Shown: positions 9,572 through 21,215, counted from the stretch's first letter. The stretch is DNA of 64,000 nucleotides from an uncultured Phycisphaerales bacterium (GCA_963772725.1 CAVYYI010000002.1:32001-96000); one strand, 5' to 3'. Numbers and translations are program-made. Notes: generated by a model from the letters alone, not told the origin.

Positions 9572-11248
9572 ATGAGAATAGGTCTGGGACAATTTAATCC
9601 TTCCGTAGGGGACATAGCCGGAAACCTCAAAATTATGCGGCGGTTTTGCGAACAGGCGGCGCAGTTGAATGTTGACGTTTTGGTTTTTCCGGAATTGGCG
9701 GTTTGCGGCTATCCACCCGAAGACCTTCTGCTGAAAAATCATTTCCTCAGCGATAACCAGCTTGTTATTGACGAGCTGACAAAACAATGTCCCGATAAAA
9801 CTGTTATCACCGGTTTCGCGGAGTTAAGCAAGAACGGCTGCTTTAACGCGATGGCTGTCCTTGAAAAAGGCCGTGTCAGAAAGATTTATCGAAAAAGTAT
9901 TCTTCCGAATTATGGCGTGTTCGATGAGAGAAGGTATTTTCGTCCCGGCACTGAGCCGGTTGTCATCGAAATTAACGGTATCGCCGTGGCCCTTACAATT
10001 TGCGAGGATATATGGCAGCTCGAATGGATGGATAAATTCCTCAGCCAGACTCCTCGCAAAGATTTAATCATAAACATCTCCGCGTCGCCATTTCACGTAG
10101 GCAAAATCGACCAGAGACGAGTCATGCTTGCACGATGCGCGAAACATTTCTCCTGCGCCGTGGGATATTGCAATCTCGTCGGCGGTCAGGATGAACTCGT
10201 ATTCGACGGCAGGAGTATGTTTGTAAATTCTTCCGGGCAGGTTGTAGCTATGGCAAAAGCCTTTGATGAAGACCTGCTTGTTACCGATATTACCCTCTCA
10301 GAGGGCAGAAAGGTCAGCGTCAAAACCGTAAAAGCGGCGTCAGAGTATCCTGAATCCGAGCGGACCGACCCAATAGCTGAGGTGTATGGCGTGCTGGTGC
10401 TGGGAACTAAAGACTACGTTTTGAAAAATGGCTTCAAAAAAGTCATAATCGGACTTAGCGGCGGGATTGATTCTTCACTTACCGCGGCAATCGCAGCTGA
10501 TGCGCTCGGTGCGGAAAATGTCATCGGTGTAACAATGCCTACGCGGTTTAACAGCGGTGAGACGATTTCAGATGCGATAAAAACGGCTGAAAATATTGGA
10601 ATGGAATTTCATACGATTCCAATAGAAGATGTTCTTGCTCAATTCAATAAGACGCTCGGTCTTGTGCAGGGCTGGAAAGACAACGGCATTGCTTATGAAA
10701 ATCTGCAGGCCCGGATTCGCGGCAGCATCCTGATGTCGCTGAGCAATCAGTTTTCATACCTGGTTCTGACAACGGGCAATAAAAGCGAGACCGCCGTTGG
10801 CTATTCAACTCTTTACGGCGATACGGCCGGGGGCTTTGCCGTCATTAAGGATGTGCCTAAGACGATGGTTTATGAGTTGTCTCAATACGTCAACAAAACG
10901 CACAACAGGATGATTATTCCACAGAGCGTTATCGACAGGATTCCGAGTGCCGAACTCAGGGAGAATCAGAAAGACACTGATTCGCTGCCGGATTACGACC
11001 TTCTCGACAGGATATTGAAAGGATATATCGAAGAGGATAAATCCGCCCAGACCCTTACCGCTGAAGGTCTGCCCAAGGATATCGTCAATCGGATAATTGG
11101 GATGGTTGACCGCAACGAATACAAAAGAAGGCAGTCTCCGCCCGGTGTTAAGATTACGCCGAAAGCGTTCGGCAGAGACCGCAGGATGCCCATAACCAAT
11201 AGGTATGTGCCGCTCGAACGCAAAGGCGGCGAAATTATTCCGCAGTAA
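9572..11248 (+). CDS. nadE: Glutamine-dependent NAD+ synthetase
   Basis: Nitrilase domain (FPEL, LPNYGVFDERRYF, ICEDIW) plus synthetase domain (GLSGGIDS, ENLQARIRG, TGNKSE, GYSTLYGD). Confidence 0.96.
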   Translation: MRIGLGQFNPSVGDIAGNLKIMRRFCEQAAQLNVDVLVFPELAVCGYPPEDLLLKNHFLSDNQLVIDELTKQCPDKTVITGFAELSKNGCFNAMAVLEKGRVRKIYRKSILPNYGVFDERRYFRPGTEPVVIEINGIAVALTICEDIWQLEWMDKFLSQTPRKDLIINISASPFHVGKIDQRRVMLARCAKHFSCAVGYCNLVGGQDELVFDGRSMFVNSSGQVVAMAKAFDEDLLVTDITLSEGRKVSVKTVKAASEYPESERTDPIAEVYGVLVLGTKDYVLKNGFKKVIIGLSGGIDSSLTAAIAADALGAENVIGVTMPTRFNSGETISDAIKTAENIGMEFHTIPIEDVLAQFNKTLGLVQGWKDNGIAYENLQARIRGSILMSLSNQFSYLVLTTGNKSETAVGYSTLYGDTAGGFAVIKDVPKTMVYELSQYVNKTHNRMIIPQSVIDRIPSAELRENQKDTDSLPDYDLLDRILKGYIEEDKSAQTLTAEGLPKDIVNRIIGMVDRNEYKRRQSPPGVKITPKAFGRDRRMPITNRYVPLERKGGEIIPQ

Positions 11249-11260
11249 AACTTCACGAAA

Positions 11261-11458
11261 ATGGAGGCTAATATGCGGATTACATTTCAGCAGATGTATG
11301 ATGAGTTTTTGCGTGTTCTGCTAAAGTATGGTTTCGAGCAGGACAGGGCAAAGCTTTGTGCCGAATTATTCACACAGACAAGCTGTGATGGTGTGTATTC
11401 TCATGGCCTGAACAGATTCCCAAGATTCATCGAAAACATTAAATTTTTTTGGGGTTAA
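11261..11458 (+). pseudogene. N-terminal fragment of an Ldh_2 family dehydrogenase (YiaK/DlgD-like)
   Basis: DGVYSHGLNRFPRF motif; the ORF ends after 65 aa, whereas the family is about 330 aa. Confidence 0.75.
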
Positions 11459-11461
11459 ATT

Positions 11462-11587
11462 ATGAAGGTGAAAATCACAGAAGAATGCATCTCGTGCGGA
11501 TTATGCGTGGATATATGTCCCGATGTCTTTCAAATGGGCATCCAGTATATTGATAAACTTCCCCAGTTTCAAAAATTTCAAAAATAG
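11462..11587 (+). pseudogene. Truncated 4Fe-4S ferredoxin
   Basis: Hand translation MKVKITEECISCGLCVDICPDVFQMG... (41 aa) has CxxCxxCxxxCP but lacks the distal Cys-Pro. Confidence 0.65.
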
Positions 11588-11594
11588 AGAATAA

Positions 11595-11624
11595 TTGACA
11601 ATTCATACAAAAAGCCGTTATACT
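11595..11624 (+). promoter_or_regulatory. Sigma70-type promoter for tRNA-Arg
   Basis: TTGACA-N18-TATACT just upstream of the tRNA. Confidence 0.65.
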
Positions 11625-11641
11625 ACAGGCGTTTGTGTTTT

Positions 11642-11715
11642 GCGCCTGTAGCTCAATTGGATAGAGCATTGGTCTACGGAACCAAAGGTTACATGTTCGA
11701 GTCATGTCAGGCGCA
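11642..11715 (+). tRNA. tRNA-Arg(ACG)
   Basis: Acceptor stem GCGCCTG/CAGGCGC, anticodon arm TTGGT-CTACGGA-ACCAA, T-loop GTTCGAGT; CCA not encoded. Confidence 0.95.
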
Positions 11716-11772
11716 CTGAATCCCTATAAAAACAGCGTTAATCCATAACTGTAATCTTTCATCTTCTCCTGG

Positions 11773-12354
11773 TTAATAAATATTCGTAAGAAGACGAGAT
11801 AGCAGTTCCATCGGCAGGCCCATTACGTTTGTCATGCTTCCTTCAATCCGCTCGACAAACTCATCGCCTGTTTCCTGGATAGCGTAAGCACCGGCTTTAT
11901 CCTGCCACGAACCACCTTTAATATGTTCAGTGATTTGCTTTTCGGTCATTTTTCGAGGATAAACTGTAGTCGTTTCGGCGGCGACTATTTCGGTGCGGCT
12001 GCTTATTCTTATAATAGCGATGCCGGTTATTACCTTGTGAGGCTTGCTGAATAATTTTCTTGTTATCATCTCCGCCTCTTTTGCATCAGCGGCTTTACCG
12101 ATAATATGGCCGTCAAAATCCACTATCGTATCGGCGCCGAGAACAATCGCGTCGGGAAATCCCGCTGCAACTTTTCTGGCCTTTACTAAAGCTAATTGTT
12201 TGGCATATTCTTCCGGCGCGATATTTTCCGCCGCGAATGATGATTCATCAACATTGGGCGGGATGACCGTAAATTTATAGCCCGCCTCGGTGAGCAGTTG
12301 TTTTCGCCGCGGCGATTTCGAGGCCAGAATTATATGAAACTGATGCTTTGACAC
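11773..12354 (-). CDS. maf: Maf family nucleotide pyrophosphatase
   Basis: ILASKSPRRKQLL, GADTIV, DKAGAYAIQ and NVMGLP motifs. Confidence 0.95.
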   Translation of the reverse strand: MSKHQFHIILASKSPRRKQLLTEAGYKFTVIPPNVDESSFAAENIAPEEYAKQLALVKARKVAAGFPDAIVLGADTIVDFDGHIIGKAADAKEAEMITRKLFSKPHKVITGIAIIRISSRTEIVAAETTTVYPRKMTEKQITEHIKGGSWQDKAGAYAIQETGDEFVERIEGSMTNVMGLPMELLSRLLTNIY

Positions 12355-12358
12355 TTTA

Positions 12359-13407
12359 TTAATTAAAACGTATGGGATAAACTATTTTTCTGCAGAAAAT
12401 AATATACTCTTTTTCTATCTGTTCAAAATCATCCCCGATATACTGCTCGAACAGTTGTGTCCCGACAGCGCGATTCCAGGATACGGTCAGAAGGATGTTT
12501 CTGTCCGCGGCGATTTTCTTGTTAATATCGCTTAACTCCCACCTGCCGTTCAACCCGTCCATAAGCAGCTTGTGATAGTTGCCAAGTCTTTTCCCGTAAT
12601 TGTTTTCTCTGAGAAATCTCACCAGTGCGTATGACTGCCCGTAAAAGGCTATTATCGAATCATCATTATCCGCTGAAAGAACTTCACCGGGATTTAGCGA
12701 GATAAGTTCCTTAAGAGGTATCATCTTGTTTCGCGCAAGAGTCTGTTTGAGCGTAGCCAATCGGTACAGATTCAAATCCGGTTCAAAGTAAAATAATCCG
12801 CCTTCGCTTCTGCTGGCCTCGAAGAGCATCGCTATGCCCTCATCGAGCCAACTCGGCAGGCGATAATGAAAATACCTGCTGTTAAACTGGTGCCATCCTT
12901 CATGCCCGAGAACAGAAAACGTGCGTTCTCTTCCTATATTATATGCCACACACGCCCCGTTCAGATAATAGCGCCGGCCTTTATTTTGCAGTACACCGCC
13001 GCGTTTGGTCCGGCGAAAACTTTTGTAAAAGCCTCCCACTGTTCCCGGCTTTCGAATAGATATACGGTAAACTTATTTGCCGATGAATTTACAGGCTGCG
13101 GAAGCTGATTGTTGTAACTGCGGTACGCCGATTCCATAAAAGCCGGTATCTGGGAAAGCATTAAAGACTCCAAAAACGTTGTACGAACATCGTAATGTTC
13201 GGTCGTGAGTTTCAGCCCAGGCCCATAACTATTCTGCCAGATTTCCACCGACCGAAGTGCAGGCAAATTTTGCCTCCGCAGATACTCCATCATTAAAACT
13301 CTTGTGTCCTTTTTATCGACCGCGACGGTATTTTTATGGGATTCCCTGCGAGCGCATCCGCCCAAACAGATAAGCATTAACAGCCAGAAGCAGATTTTTC
13401 TCAGCAT
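12359..13407 (-). CDS. DUF1570-type HExxH lipoprotein (frameshift near 12975)
   Basis: Lipobox LGGC; second part has HEGWHQ, LPSWLDEGIA and FYGQSYALVRFL; the two ORFs overlap in different frames. Confidence 0.7.
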
Positions 13408-13505
13408 AAGGTACTCACATAATACTAAAAACTTAATTAAACTACATAGTTTGCGGTTTGTCAATGCGGATGTCCGGTAGTGATGGGATATATGCTAATC
13501 CAATG

Positions 13506-14126
13506 TTACTCTTCGGCGTGCTGGATAACGCGGCAAGATTCTATGGCACAGGACAAACCCGGGACTATAGCGGAGATATTACTGATTTCCCTGTCGCTTA
13601 ACGCGTTCGCCTGCGGTTTGTAAACCAGGATAAAGCCAGGACACAAACCAAAATGCCCCAGAGGAATTGTCGCCGCTGAAATTTTGCTTAGGACAGCGGG
13701 GCTGCTCTCAAGACCCATCGCGAGTAAATCATCGAGCGAGCAGACCTTATTCGATTCACATATATTTTCAACAAGTGAGCTGTTAAAACAATTTTCCAAA
13801 CGCTGTTTGTCTTCACCGGTTTGTTTATCTGTGTGCATCTCATGACTGTCTCGATGACGCAAAAAGAAAACAACCCTAACCCCGGCGATCTCTTCCTTAA
13901 TCAGTTTATCCGCGATATGAAAAAGACCATCCAAATCTGTTATGCCGATGATGGATTTATAAAAAAATGCCGTGAAACTTATAGCATCCAGAGCCTTGAT
14001 AAAGTCTCTTTGCGCATCGACCAGGTCGTTGCAAAGTATATCCATTTTTTGAGCCTGCTTTTTCCGCTCTTTATTAACACTCTTAACGAGCAGACGCAAT
14101 TTTCCATATCGTTCTTTATAGTCCAT
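13506..14126 (-). CDS. Hypothetical protein, coiled coil plus GAF-like domain
   Basis: 206-aa ORF with an N-terminal coiled coil and a C-terminal AATIPL...GFILVY GAF-like strand pair. Confidence 0.55.
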   Translation of the reverse strand: MDYKERYGKLRLLVKSVNKERKKQAQKMDILCNDLVDAQRDFIKALDAISFTAFFYKSIIGITDLDGLFHIADKLIKEEIAGVRVVFFLRHRDSHEMHTDKQTGEDKQRLENCFNSSLVENICESNKVCSLDDLLAMGLESSPAVLSKISAATIPLGHFGLCPGFILVYKPQANALSDREISNISAIVPGLSCAIESCRVIQHAEE

Positions 14127-14313
14127 GTGCCTTATTTTTCCTAAAATGCGACTCTATAGCGATTTACACATAGAAAATTCGGCTTAATAAAGCCCCCCTT
14201 TAGCACTTTCTGTCAGCGATTTTACTTTTTTTCTTGAGTCGGTGGGATTATATTGGTATTTTTATCGGAAGTAAGAGCATATTAAAATATTGACTCTCGT
14301 GGAGTTCGAAAAA

Positions 14314-15000
14314 ATGGATTATCCTTCAGTATGGGTTATCATACCAGCTTACAACGAAGCCATGGTCTTGCCGGAAGTGCTTAAAGAGCTGCTCGACTGC
14401 AATCCGTCATATAATATTGTAGTCGTTGACGATGGCTCTGCTGATGACACCTTTGACGTCGCCGCCAGATATCCAGTTCATTTGCTAAGGCATCTGATTA
14501 ACCTCGGGCAGGGAGCGGCTTTGGCAACAGGTATCGAATACGCCCTTAAAGAAAAGGCCGACGTTGTTGTCACTTTTGACGCTGATGGACAAATGTCCCC
14601 CCAGGATATCGGCACGCTCGTAGATAAGGTGGTAAAGGAAAACTTCGACGCAGCATTAGGCTCAAGGTTTCTCACCGGCACACCGGAAGGAATAACCAAA
14701 TTGAAGAAAAAGCTTTTGAAACTGGCGACTATAATTACAAGGCTTACCACAGGCCTGAATCTCACCGATACCCATAACGGCATACGCGCTTTCAAGGCAC
14801 AGGCCATGAAAAAAGTTACAATCACACAGAACCAGATGGCGCACGCCTCTGAAATACTTTCCAAAATCGCGCACAATAAACTCACTTACTGCGAAGTGCC
14901 GGTAACAATCCGCTATACCCAGTACTCCAAAGCCAAGGGGCAATCCATTCTCAATTCAATTAATATCCTTTTTGAACTGTTCACGGGAGGTTCCAAATGA
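14314..15000 (+). CDS. GT2 glycosyltransferase (DPM synthase-like)
   Basis: VIIPAYNE, VVDDGSAD, NLGQGAAL, TFDADGQ and LTDTHNGIRAF motifs. Confidence 0.92.
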   Translation: MDYPSVWVIIPAYNEAMVLPEVLKELLDCNPSYNIVVVDDGSADDTFDVAARYPVHLLRHLINLGQGAALATGIEYALKEKADVVVTFDADGQMSPQDIGTLVDKVVKENFDAALGSRFLTGTPEGITKLKKKLLKLATIITRLTTGLNLTDTHNGIRAFKAQAMKKVTITQNQMAHASEILSKIAHNKLTYCEVPVTIRYTQYSKAKGQSILNSINILFELFTGGSK

Positions 15001-15383
15001 GTTTTCTAATCGCCGCCGCCGAAGTAACGCAAAAAACAGGCAGTAACGGAATGACACCTATCAAAATTATTCTCATCGTTCTGCTGATTATCGTCCTGCG
15101 GGCCTTCATGGTTCAAAGGTCGCTGATTCTAACCAAGCGTATGGTTGGTTTTGCGATGTTTGTCATTTTGCTGCTGCTGGTTCTGTTTCCCAATGTCTCA
15201 ACACATATCGCTAATGCCATAGGTGTAGGCCGCGGCGCAGACCTTATTTTCTATTTCGCCCATCTTTTCGTATTGCTGCTTATTGTCGGCCTGTGGCGAA
15301 GAACCACCGTCCTGATGGCCAACATTACTAAACTGTCCCGCTCCATAGCCATCCAAAACGCCCAAAAACCGCAGAGAAAATAG
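14997..15383 (+). CDS. DUF2304 family membrane protein
   Basis: Three hydrophobic segments, GVGRGADLIFY and ITKLSRSIAI; ATGA-coupled to the GT2 gene, the usual pairing. Confidence 0.8.
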   Translation: MSFLIAAAEVTQKTGSNGMTPIKIILIVLLIIVLRAFMVQRSLILTKRMVGFAMFVILLLLVLFPNVSTHIANAIGVGRGADLIFYFAHLFVLLLIVGLWRRTTVLMANITKLSRSIAIQNAQKPQRK

Positions 15384-15739
15384 GACACGGATTTACACTC
15401 GATTGACAATGTCATTTTAAGACCGGATTAACCGGATAATCCTGTTACCATGTCAAAAACACTATTTTCCCTGCAATACGCACAACCAAAAACGCACAAC
15501 TATTCCCTTTCCGCATCGTTTATCGAGCGACAAGTTCCAACCGAAAAAAAATTGCCATAAATTCAGTCAGCCTGAGAATGGTTAGGACTTATAAAAGACG
15601 GCTTAATGAGATTAAAAAATTGGTTGTTTCGAATATTTCGCTTGACAAATATATCCGGCAATAGTTAAATTGGGGCATTGAGGTAAGATAGGAGAAGGTA
15701 AAGACTAAGGGATTTGGTTAAAGAAGGGAAATAGATAAA

Positions 15740-16306
15740 ATGAAGGATTTATACACTACCGGGGACGTCGCTGATATCTGCAAAGTAAGTCAGCAAACTA
15801 TCATTCGGTGTTTCGATACCGGCAGAATAGAGGGCTTTCGTGTTCCAGGCTCAAAGTTCCGCAGAATTACCCGCCAAAGCCTAATTAAGTTTATGAAGGA
15901 AAACAAAATCCCGCTGGACAATCTTGATTCGGACAAAAAGAAAGTGCTGATTGTCGATGACGATGCGGAAATTGTGGAACTGATAGCGGATGTGCTTAAT
16001 CGCGACGGAAGATTCGAGACGAGAACGGCGGCCAGCGGCTACGAGGCGGGAATGCAAACGCAGCGGTTTCGCCCAGACCTGATATTGCTGGACTATATGC
16101 TCCCGGACGTCAATGGCAACGTCGTGTGCAAAACCATCAGGAGCAACCCTGAATTCGAGGATATTAAGATTATTATCGTCAGTGGTGTTGTAAAAAGGGA
16201 TGAAATCGACAGCCTGCTGAAATCCGGGGCTGAAGGATTCATAAAAAAGCCGTTCAACATCATTGAACTGACGAGCAAAATAACACAGGTCTTACAAATA
16301 AAATAA
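15740..16306 (+). CDS. Response regulator with N-terminal excisionase-like HTH
   Basis: YTTGDVADICKVSQQTIIRCFD...GFRVPGSKFRRI followed by a receiver domain (LIVDDD, DLILLDYMLP, KKP). Confidence 0.92.
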   Translation: MKDLYTTGDVADICKVSQQTIIRCFDTGRIEGFRVPGSKFRRITRQSLIKFMKENKIPLDNLDSDKKKVLIVDDDAEIVELIADVLNRDGRFETRTAASGYEAGMQTQRFRPDLILLDYMLPDVNGNVVCKTIRSNPEFEDIKIIIVSGVVKRDEIDSLLKSGAEGFIKKPFNIIELTSKITQVLQIK

Positions 16307-16364
16307 TAACGGCGTATAACGGCTGAGAAACGCTATGTGATACGCGATTCAATATGAGGAAAAA

Positions 16365-18624
16365 ATGTCGGAGAGACTTGGTGATGCGGCGGCTGCTCAA
16401 CAAATAGAGCTTTTTATACATCAGCTCGAGGGGCTTTCGATTTTACCTGTTTCGGCGGCGCAATTTTTGAAGGTTTCCGTGGTGTCGCCATTATCGGGGT
16501 CAGCTTTGGCGGAAATTATCGAGGCGGACCCTGCTTTGACTGCAAAAATCATTTCGCTCTCCTATCAAAAGGGTGTGGATTTAAGCGAGGAAAATTTTTC
16601 CATCGCAAAGCTGCTCGAAAAAATACCAGAAAATCTCATTCGAGAAGCGTTTTTCTCTCTTAACATCCTCGAAACAAAGGCGAAGGATAAAGAGGCCGAT
16701 GTGATTGAAATGAGCCGGGGGATTGTGCTTCACAGTGTAACAGCCGCGTGCTGCGCGAAAGCCATCGCAGAGGTCGTTTCGCCGCGGATAGAGCCGCAGA
16801 TGGCTTATCTGGCGGGACTTATGCACGATATCGGCAAACTGTTTATCGCGCAGCAGATGCCAAAAAGTTTTGTCAGAATTGTCGAAGAGGCCAAATCACA
16901 GAACGCATCCTCGTGCGATATTGAGCGAAAGTATCTCGGGATTGACCATGCGGTAATCAGCAAACGCCTCGCTCAGAGATGGCATCTGGGCGAAGAAATA
17001 ACAAACGCGGTATGGCTTGGTCATATTGATAGTGACTCCCTGCCGAAAGATACGGCGGAATCAAGACTTGCCCTGCTCGTGCAATTAGCGGATTTGACAG
17101 CACGCCAAGCCGGCATAGGTTATTCGGGAAGTTACAATCCGACTGACTCCGTTGATAAAATCGTCGCGTTACTTGAAATTGACCCGCAGCAGATGGAGCG
17201 GATACGGCATAATCTTTCCAACGAGGTTTCGCGTAAAATCAAACCAGCCGGCCTGGATTCCGAGTCACAAATAAATTACAGCGGCATACTTTTAGATGCA
17301 GCGGCGCAATTATCCAGGGAAAACGCAAGGTTATCCGCTGAACAAAGCCGCCTGCAAAGTGCAGCGAATTATTTTGACTTCGCAACGGAATTTTTATCAG
17401 CAATAGATAGCGCTGCCGGTGCGATTGATATCGCTAAACAATTCGCGATTAGGTGGCAAAAGTTTTATCAGACAGGCAATGTTTGTCTGTATCTTGCGCC
17501 TGCAAGCCAATCGCGGCTGATTGAAGCGGTAATTGTGGAAAATCAGCAGGAGAAAAAAATGGTGTTGTTAAACGCACCTGCAGAGGTTCCCGTGATACCA
17601 ACAGCGATTAATAAATTCGCGGTTGCCGGCATTGGAGAGGAAAGTGACTGGCTGTTTGAGCAATTGGAAACTGAGTTCGAGTTAAGCCAGACAAAAATTG
17701 TACCGTTACTTTTCGGTAATAAAGCAATAGGTGTGATTGTTTTTGAGTTTCGCCAGCCGGTGGAATTGAACCGGATGTTTGAGAATTTTCGGACGACCGC
17801 GTCGCTGGCAGGAACAGTATTGGGGATAACACTCGGCTTACAAAAACAACAGGAGTTTGCGGAACATTTCGCAAGACCGATAGTGGCTCAAAAAATAACA
17901 CCGCCGCAACCAGTTCAAAAACAGGCAGTAATTGAGCAGCGGGATATTACAGAGAATCATATCGAAACTCTGGCGGAAATGGCGGCTGGAGCGGCGCATG
18001 AATTAAATAATCCGCTGGCTGTCATATCAGGGCGGGCGCAACTACTCAGCCAAGCCGAGACGGACCCGGAAAAAAAACGAATTTTGGAGCAGATTCAGGA
18101 AAATGCCGCTGCTATTTCGCAGATTGCCGATGGCCTGCTTGGTTTCGCGGAACCGCCTGCGCCGCGGCCTACAAATACGGATATTTCGCAGATTATAGAT
18201 GAGGCGGTGCAACTGGCGATGCAGAAAACAAAAAGAGAACATATCAACATCCAGACGGAAATTTCGCCGGACTGCCAGGAGTGTTTTCGCGGATTCAGCA
18301 CAGATAGCATCGGCGTTAGCGAACGTGTTTTCCAATTCGGTGGAATCATACAGCGGTACTCTCGGCCCGATAAAGGTTACGGCACAAACGGATGAATCGA
18401 GTGGGTTTATTAAACTGCGGATTTCTGATTTAGGCCGCGGAATGGACGCTGAAACACTGCGAAAGGCGACACAGCCGTTTTACTCTGTTCGCCCCGCCGG
18501 ACGAAGCCGCGGAATGGGATTGGCATACACGCAGAGGTTCATACAACTAAACAACGGGACGTTGAATATCGAAAGCCAGCCAAATGCCGGCACGACTGTT
18601 ATTATCACCCTGCCTTTTGCTTAA
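16365..18624 (+). CDS. HDOD-domain sensor histidine kinase (frameshift near 18280)
   Basis: HDOD motifs (DPALTAKII, AGLMHDIGK), H-box AHELNNPL, and a HATPase part (N-box, DLGRGM, GMGLA) in ORF 18199-18624. Confidence 0.88.
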
Positions 18625-18752
18625 AAATAGAATAAAACAGTTACAACTTGGACAGAACCGTAATATGATTAAAATTAAAGGCTTTTCAATAAGGGATTTT
18701 AAGGCATATTTCCATAAAGCTATAAATTAGAAAAAGGTAAAAATTAAAAAAG

Positions 18753-18780
18753 TTGACATTTGGTTTCTTTTTGATATAAT
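18753..18780 (+). promoter_or_regulatory. Consensus sigma70 promoter
   Basis: TTGACA-N16-TATAAT. Confidence 0.7.
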
Positions 18781-18813
18781 ATGTTTTTTGGGCTTTTTCA
18801 GTTGGATTACGAA

Positions 18814-19938
18814 ATGGGGAAAAGTAAGCTAAAATTTCAGGAGAAAATTTTATCTATCGACGGTGATAAGACGGAACTTCCCGAAGAGCAAACTCGGGAT
18901 TTCGAAGTCAAAAAGCTCAAAAGCAAATTAACTATTTTGGTACCTGCCTATAACGAAGAAAAACATATAGTAGAGACCATCGTAAGTCTTAAAAATCAGA
19001 CGCTTCCGCCTGAAGAGATTATAGTTATAGATGACTGTTCTACCGACCGAACCGCAGAAAAAGCAAGGCAAATGGGAGTAACAGTTGTATGCCCTCCAAA
19101 AAATACCGGTTCAAAAGCCGGAGCACAAAACTATGCTCTGCAGTTTGTACAAACAGAGTATATCATGGCTGTAGATGCAGATACCACATTGGACTTACAA
19201 GCAACTGAAAAGATAATGAAAGTCTTTGAAGATGATTCGATTGCCGCAGCCTGCGGTTTTGTGCTGCCGCGAAGGGTAAAAACCTTATGGGAACGCGGAA
19301 GATATATTGAATATCTTTTTGCATTTACTTACTACAAACCGATACAGGATTTTTATGAGAAGCCTTTGATATCTTCCGGCTGCTTCTCCGTATATCGGAC
19401 AGATATTCTCCAGCAAAATGGGGGCTGGTCAAGACGCACAATGGCTGAAGATATGGATTTGACTTGGAGTTATTATAATGCAAATTACAGAATACGGTTT
19501 GTTCCTGAGGCCATATCCTATCCCATTGAACCCCATAATTATCATTTTATGAGCAAGCAGCTGCGACGATGGTCACATGGTTTTGTGCAGAATGTATGCC
19601 TGCACTGGCGGGATTTATTAAGACACTCTTATCTCAGCTCAATTGTCGCTGTCGCTTTATGGGATTCGATAGTTGCATCATTATGCTATTTGACATTACT
19701 TCCTGTATTGGTAATAACAGTCCATCCTCTGTTTCTGTTAGGTTATATTGTTGATGCCCCGGCAGTCGCTGTGCCGATATTAATCAAAGGTTTTCAACGA
19801 AGAGAAACGATGAAAGTTCTGGCAAGTCTGCCTTGTTTTTTTGTTCTTAGAATAGTTAACAGCATATTTATGCTTAAAGCTTTATGGTTAGAAGTGATAA
19901 TGAAAAATCACCTGATGATTTATGAGAAAGGGCATTGA
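18814..19938 (+). CDS. GT2 processive glycosyltransferase (PgaC/NodC-like)
   Basis: PAYNEE, DDCSTD, DADT, AEDMD and QLRRW motifs, with C-terminal transmembrane helices. Confidence 0.9.
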   Translation: MGKSKLKFQEKILSIDGDKTELPEEQTRDFEVKKLKSKLTILVPAYNEEKHIVETIVSLKNQTLPPEEIIVIDDCSTDRTAEKARQMGVTVVCPPKNTGSKAGAQNYALQFVQTEYIMAVDADTTLDLQATEKIMKVFEDDSIAAACGFVLPRRVKTLWERGRYIEYLFAFTYYKPIQDFYEKPLISSGCFSVYRTDILQQNGGWSRRTMAEDMDLTWSYYNANYRIRFVPEAISYPIEPHNYHFMSKQLRRWSHGFVQNVCLHWRDLLRHSYLSSIVAVALWDSIVASLCYLTLLPVLVITVHPLFLLGYIVDAPAVAVPILIKGFQRRETMKVLASLPCFFVLRIVNSIFMLKALWLEVIMKNHLMIYEKGH

Positions 19939-19939
19939 T

Positions 19940-20407
19940 ATGACAGCGGGTCTTCCTGGTACTGGTATCGGCGGGTTATTTTATATTCTTCTTTCTTTTT
20001 TTATGCCGATATTTCATGCTCAACGCATGTTTAAAGGCGAACACAAACCGCATCATTTTAAAGCGGGGGTATTCGCTATACTTTTGTCTGTCGGCATTCT
20101 ACTATCCTTATATGGCGAAGCAAAGCTTCTAACATATTTTTTCAATCGGATTGAAATACTAAATCTATTTACTATTCAGACAACAGCATTATCTAACTCC
20201 TCGGTTTTATCAGAAAATCGTGTTGCTGCCGCTATTATTCCGGCCTTGGCAGCAATGCCTTTTTTCATTCTGCTTTTACTTCTTGCCTTTCTCCAGCTTT
20301 TGCGTTTTCTTTTGTACGGCTTTAGCCAAAAAACAAAAAATCAAATATCCGACAGTGTTACAATATTCGATAATAACACAGCCGCTAATTGTGATAAAAT
20401 ATTATGA
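19940..20407 (+). CDS. Hypothetical membrane protein
   Basis: [18 protein letters not shown] start and three hydrophobic segments; coupled to both neighbours. Confidence 0.65.
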   Translation: MTAGLPGTGIGGLFYILLSFFMPIFHAQRMFKGEHKPHHFKAGVFAILLSVGILLSLYGEAKLLTYFFNRIEILNLFTIQTTALSNSSVLSENRVAAAIIPALAAMPFFILLLLLAFLQLLRFLLYGFSQKTKNQISDSVTIFDNNTAANCDKIL

Positions 20408-21174
20408 AACGATGTGCTTTCACACTAATAGAATTACTCGTGGTTATTTCAATAATAGCCTTATTGCTGGGCATACTCTTGCCCGCCCTGCAAAAAGTCA
20501 AAGGAGAGGCCCAAAATATCACCTGCAGGTCAAACCTGCGTCAGTATGGTTTGGCGATGTCGATTTATTTAGCTGACAACGACAGTGCCTTTCCTGACCC
20601 GCACTATTGGCTTTTTCGAAATCCTGCCGATCCTTTGATGGGACAGAAGCACTGCCAATGGCATAATAATTCACTTACTCCTGATGGCTCGCTCTGGAAC
20701 AGCCGTGAAGCCCGCAAGATTCATATGTGTCCCGCATTTTATACACTATCCAAACAAACAGGCTCAGAACATCCTTATCACGATAATTCAATCCCTATTC
20801 AACCGCATTATGCTTACAGCATGAATGCTTATCTTGGATTGAAAATGTTCGATGGAGTCATGAAGATTACAGAAGTGAGTAAACCTGCAACAATATTTCT
20901 TTTTTCAGAAGAAAATATGTGGCCTGTTCCTGGATTAACAGATTCGGTATTGAATGATACGGTTTTGTTGTCACGTTATTACCCTTTTCGGCCTGAAGAC
21001 ATCAGCGATACTTTTGGAACTTTTCACACTACTAAAGGAGGTGATTGGACTACAGGTAAAGCCAATCTTGTTTTTGTTGACAGCCATGTGGATTCCATTC
21101 ATATCGGCGTCAACAATAAAGATGATGGTTTCAAGGTAAGCTGGCCTAAAAAAGTAATCCCAAAAGACTTTTAG
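20404..21174 (+). CDS. Prepilin-type N-terminal cleavage/methylation protein (DUF1559/H-X9-DG type)
   Basis: [36 protein letters not shown] and H...[12 protein letters not shown]. Confidence 0.9.
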   Translation: MKRCAFTLIELLVVISIIALLLGILLPALQKVKGEAQNITCRSNLRQYGLAMSIYLADNDSAFPDPHYWLFRNPADPLMGQKHCQWHNNSLTPDGSLWNSREARKIHMCPAFYTLSKQTGSEHPYHDNSIPIQPHYAYSMNAYLGLKMFDGVMKITEVSKPATIFLFSEENMWPVPGLTDSVLNDTVLLSRYYPFRPEDISDTFGTFHTTKGGDWTTGKANLVFVDSHVDSIHIGVNNKDDGFKVSWPKKVIPKDF

Positions 21175-21215
21175 GTCAATAAACGGCCTGCTGAACTTGT
21201 GCAATTTAGCAGCCC

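Noticed and set aside
18781..18813. ATG 18781 as GT2 start
   Set aside because: It lies immediately after the -10 box and would not be in the transcript.
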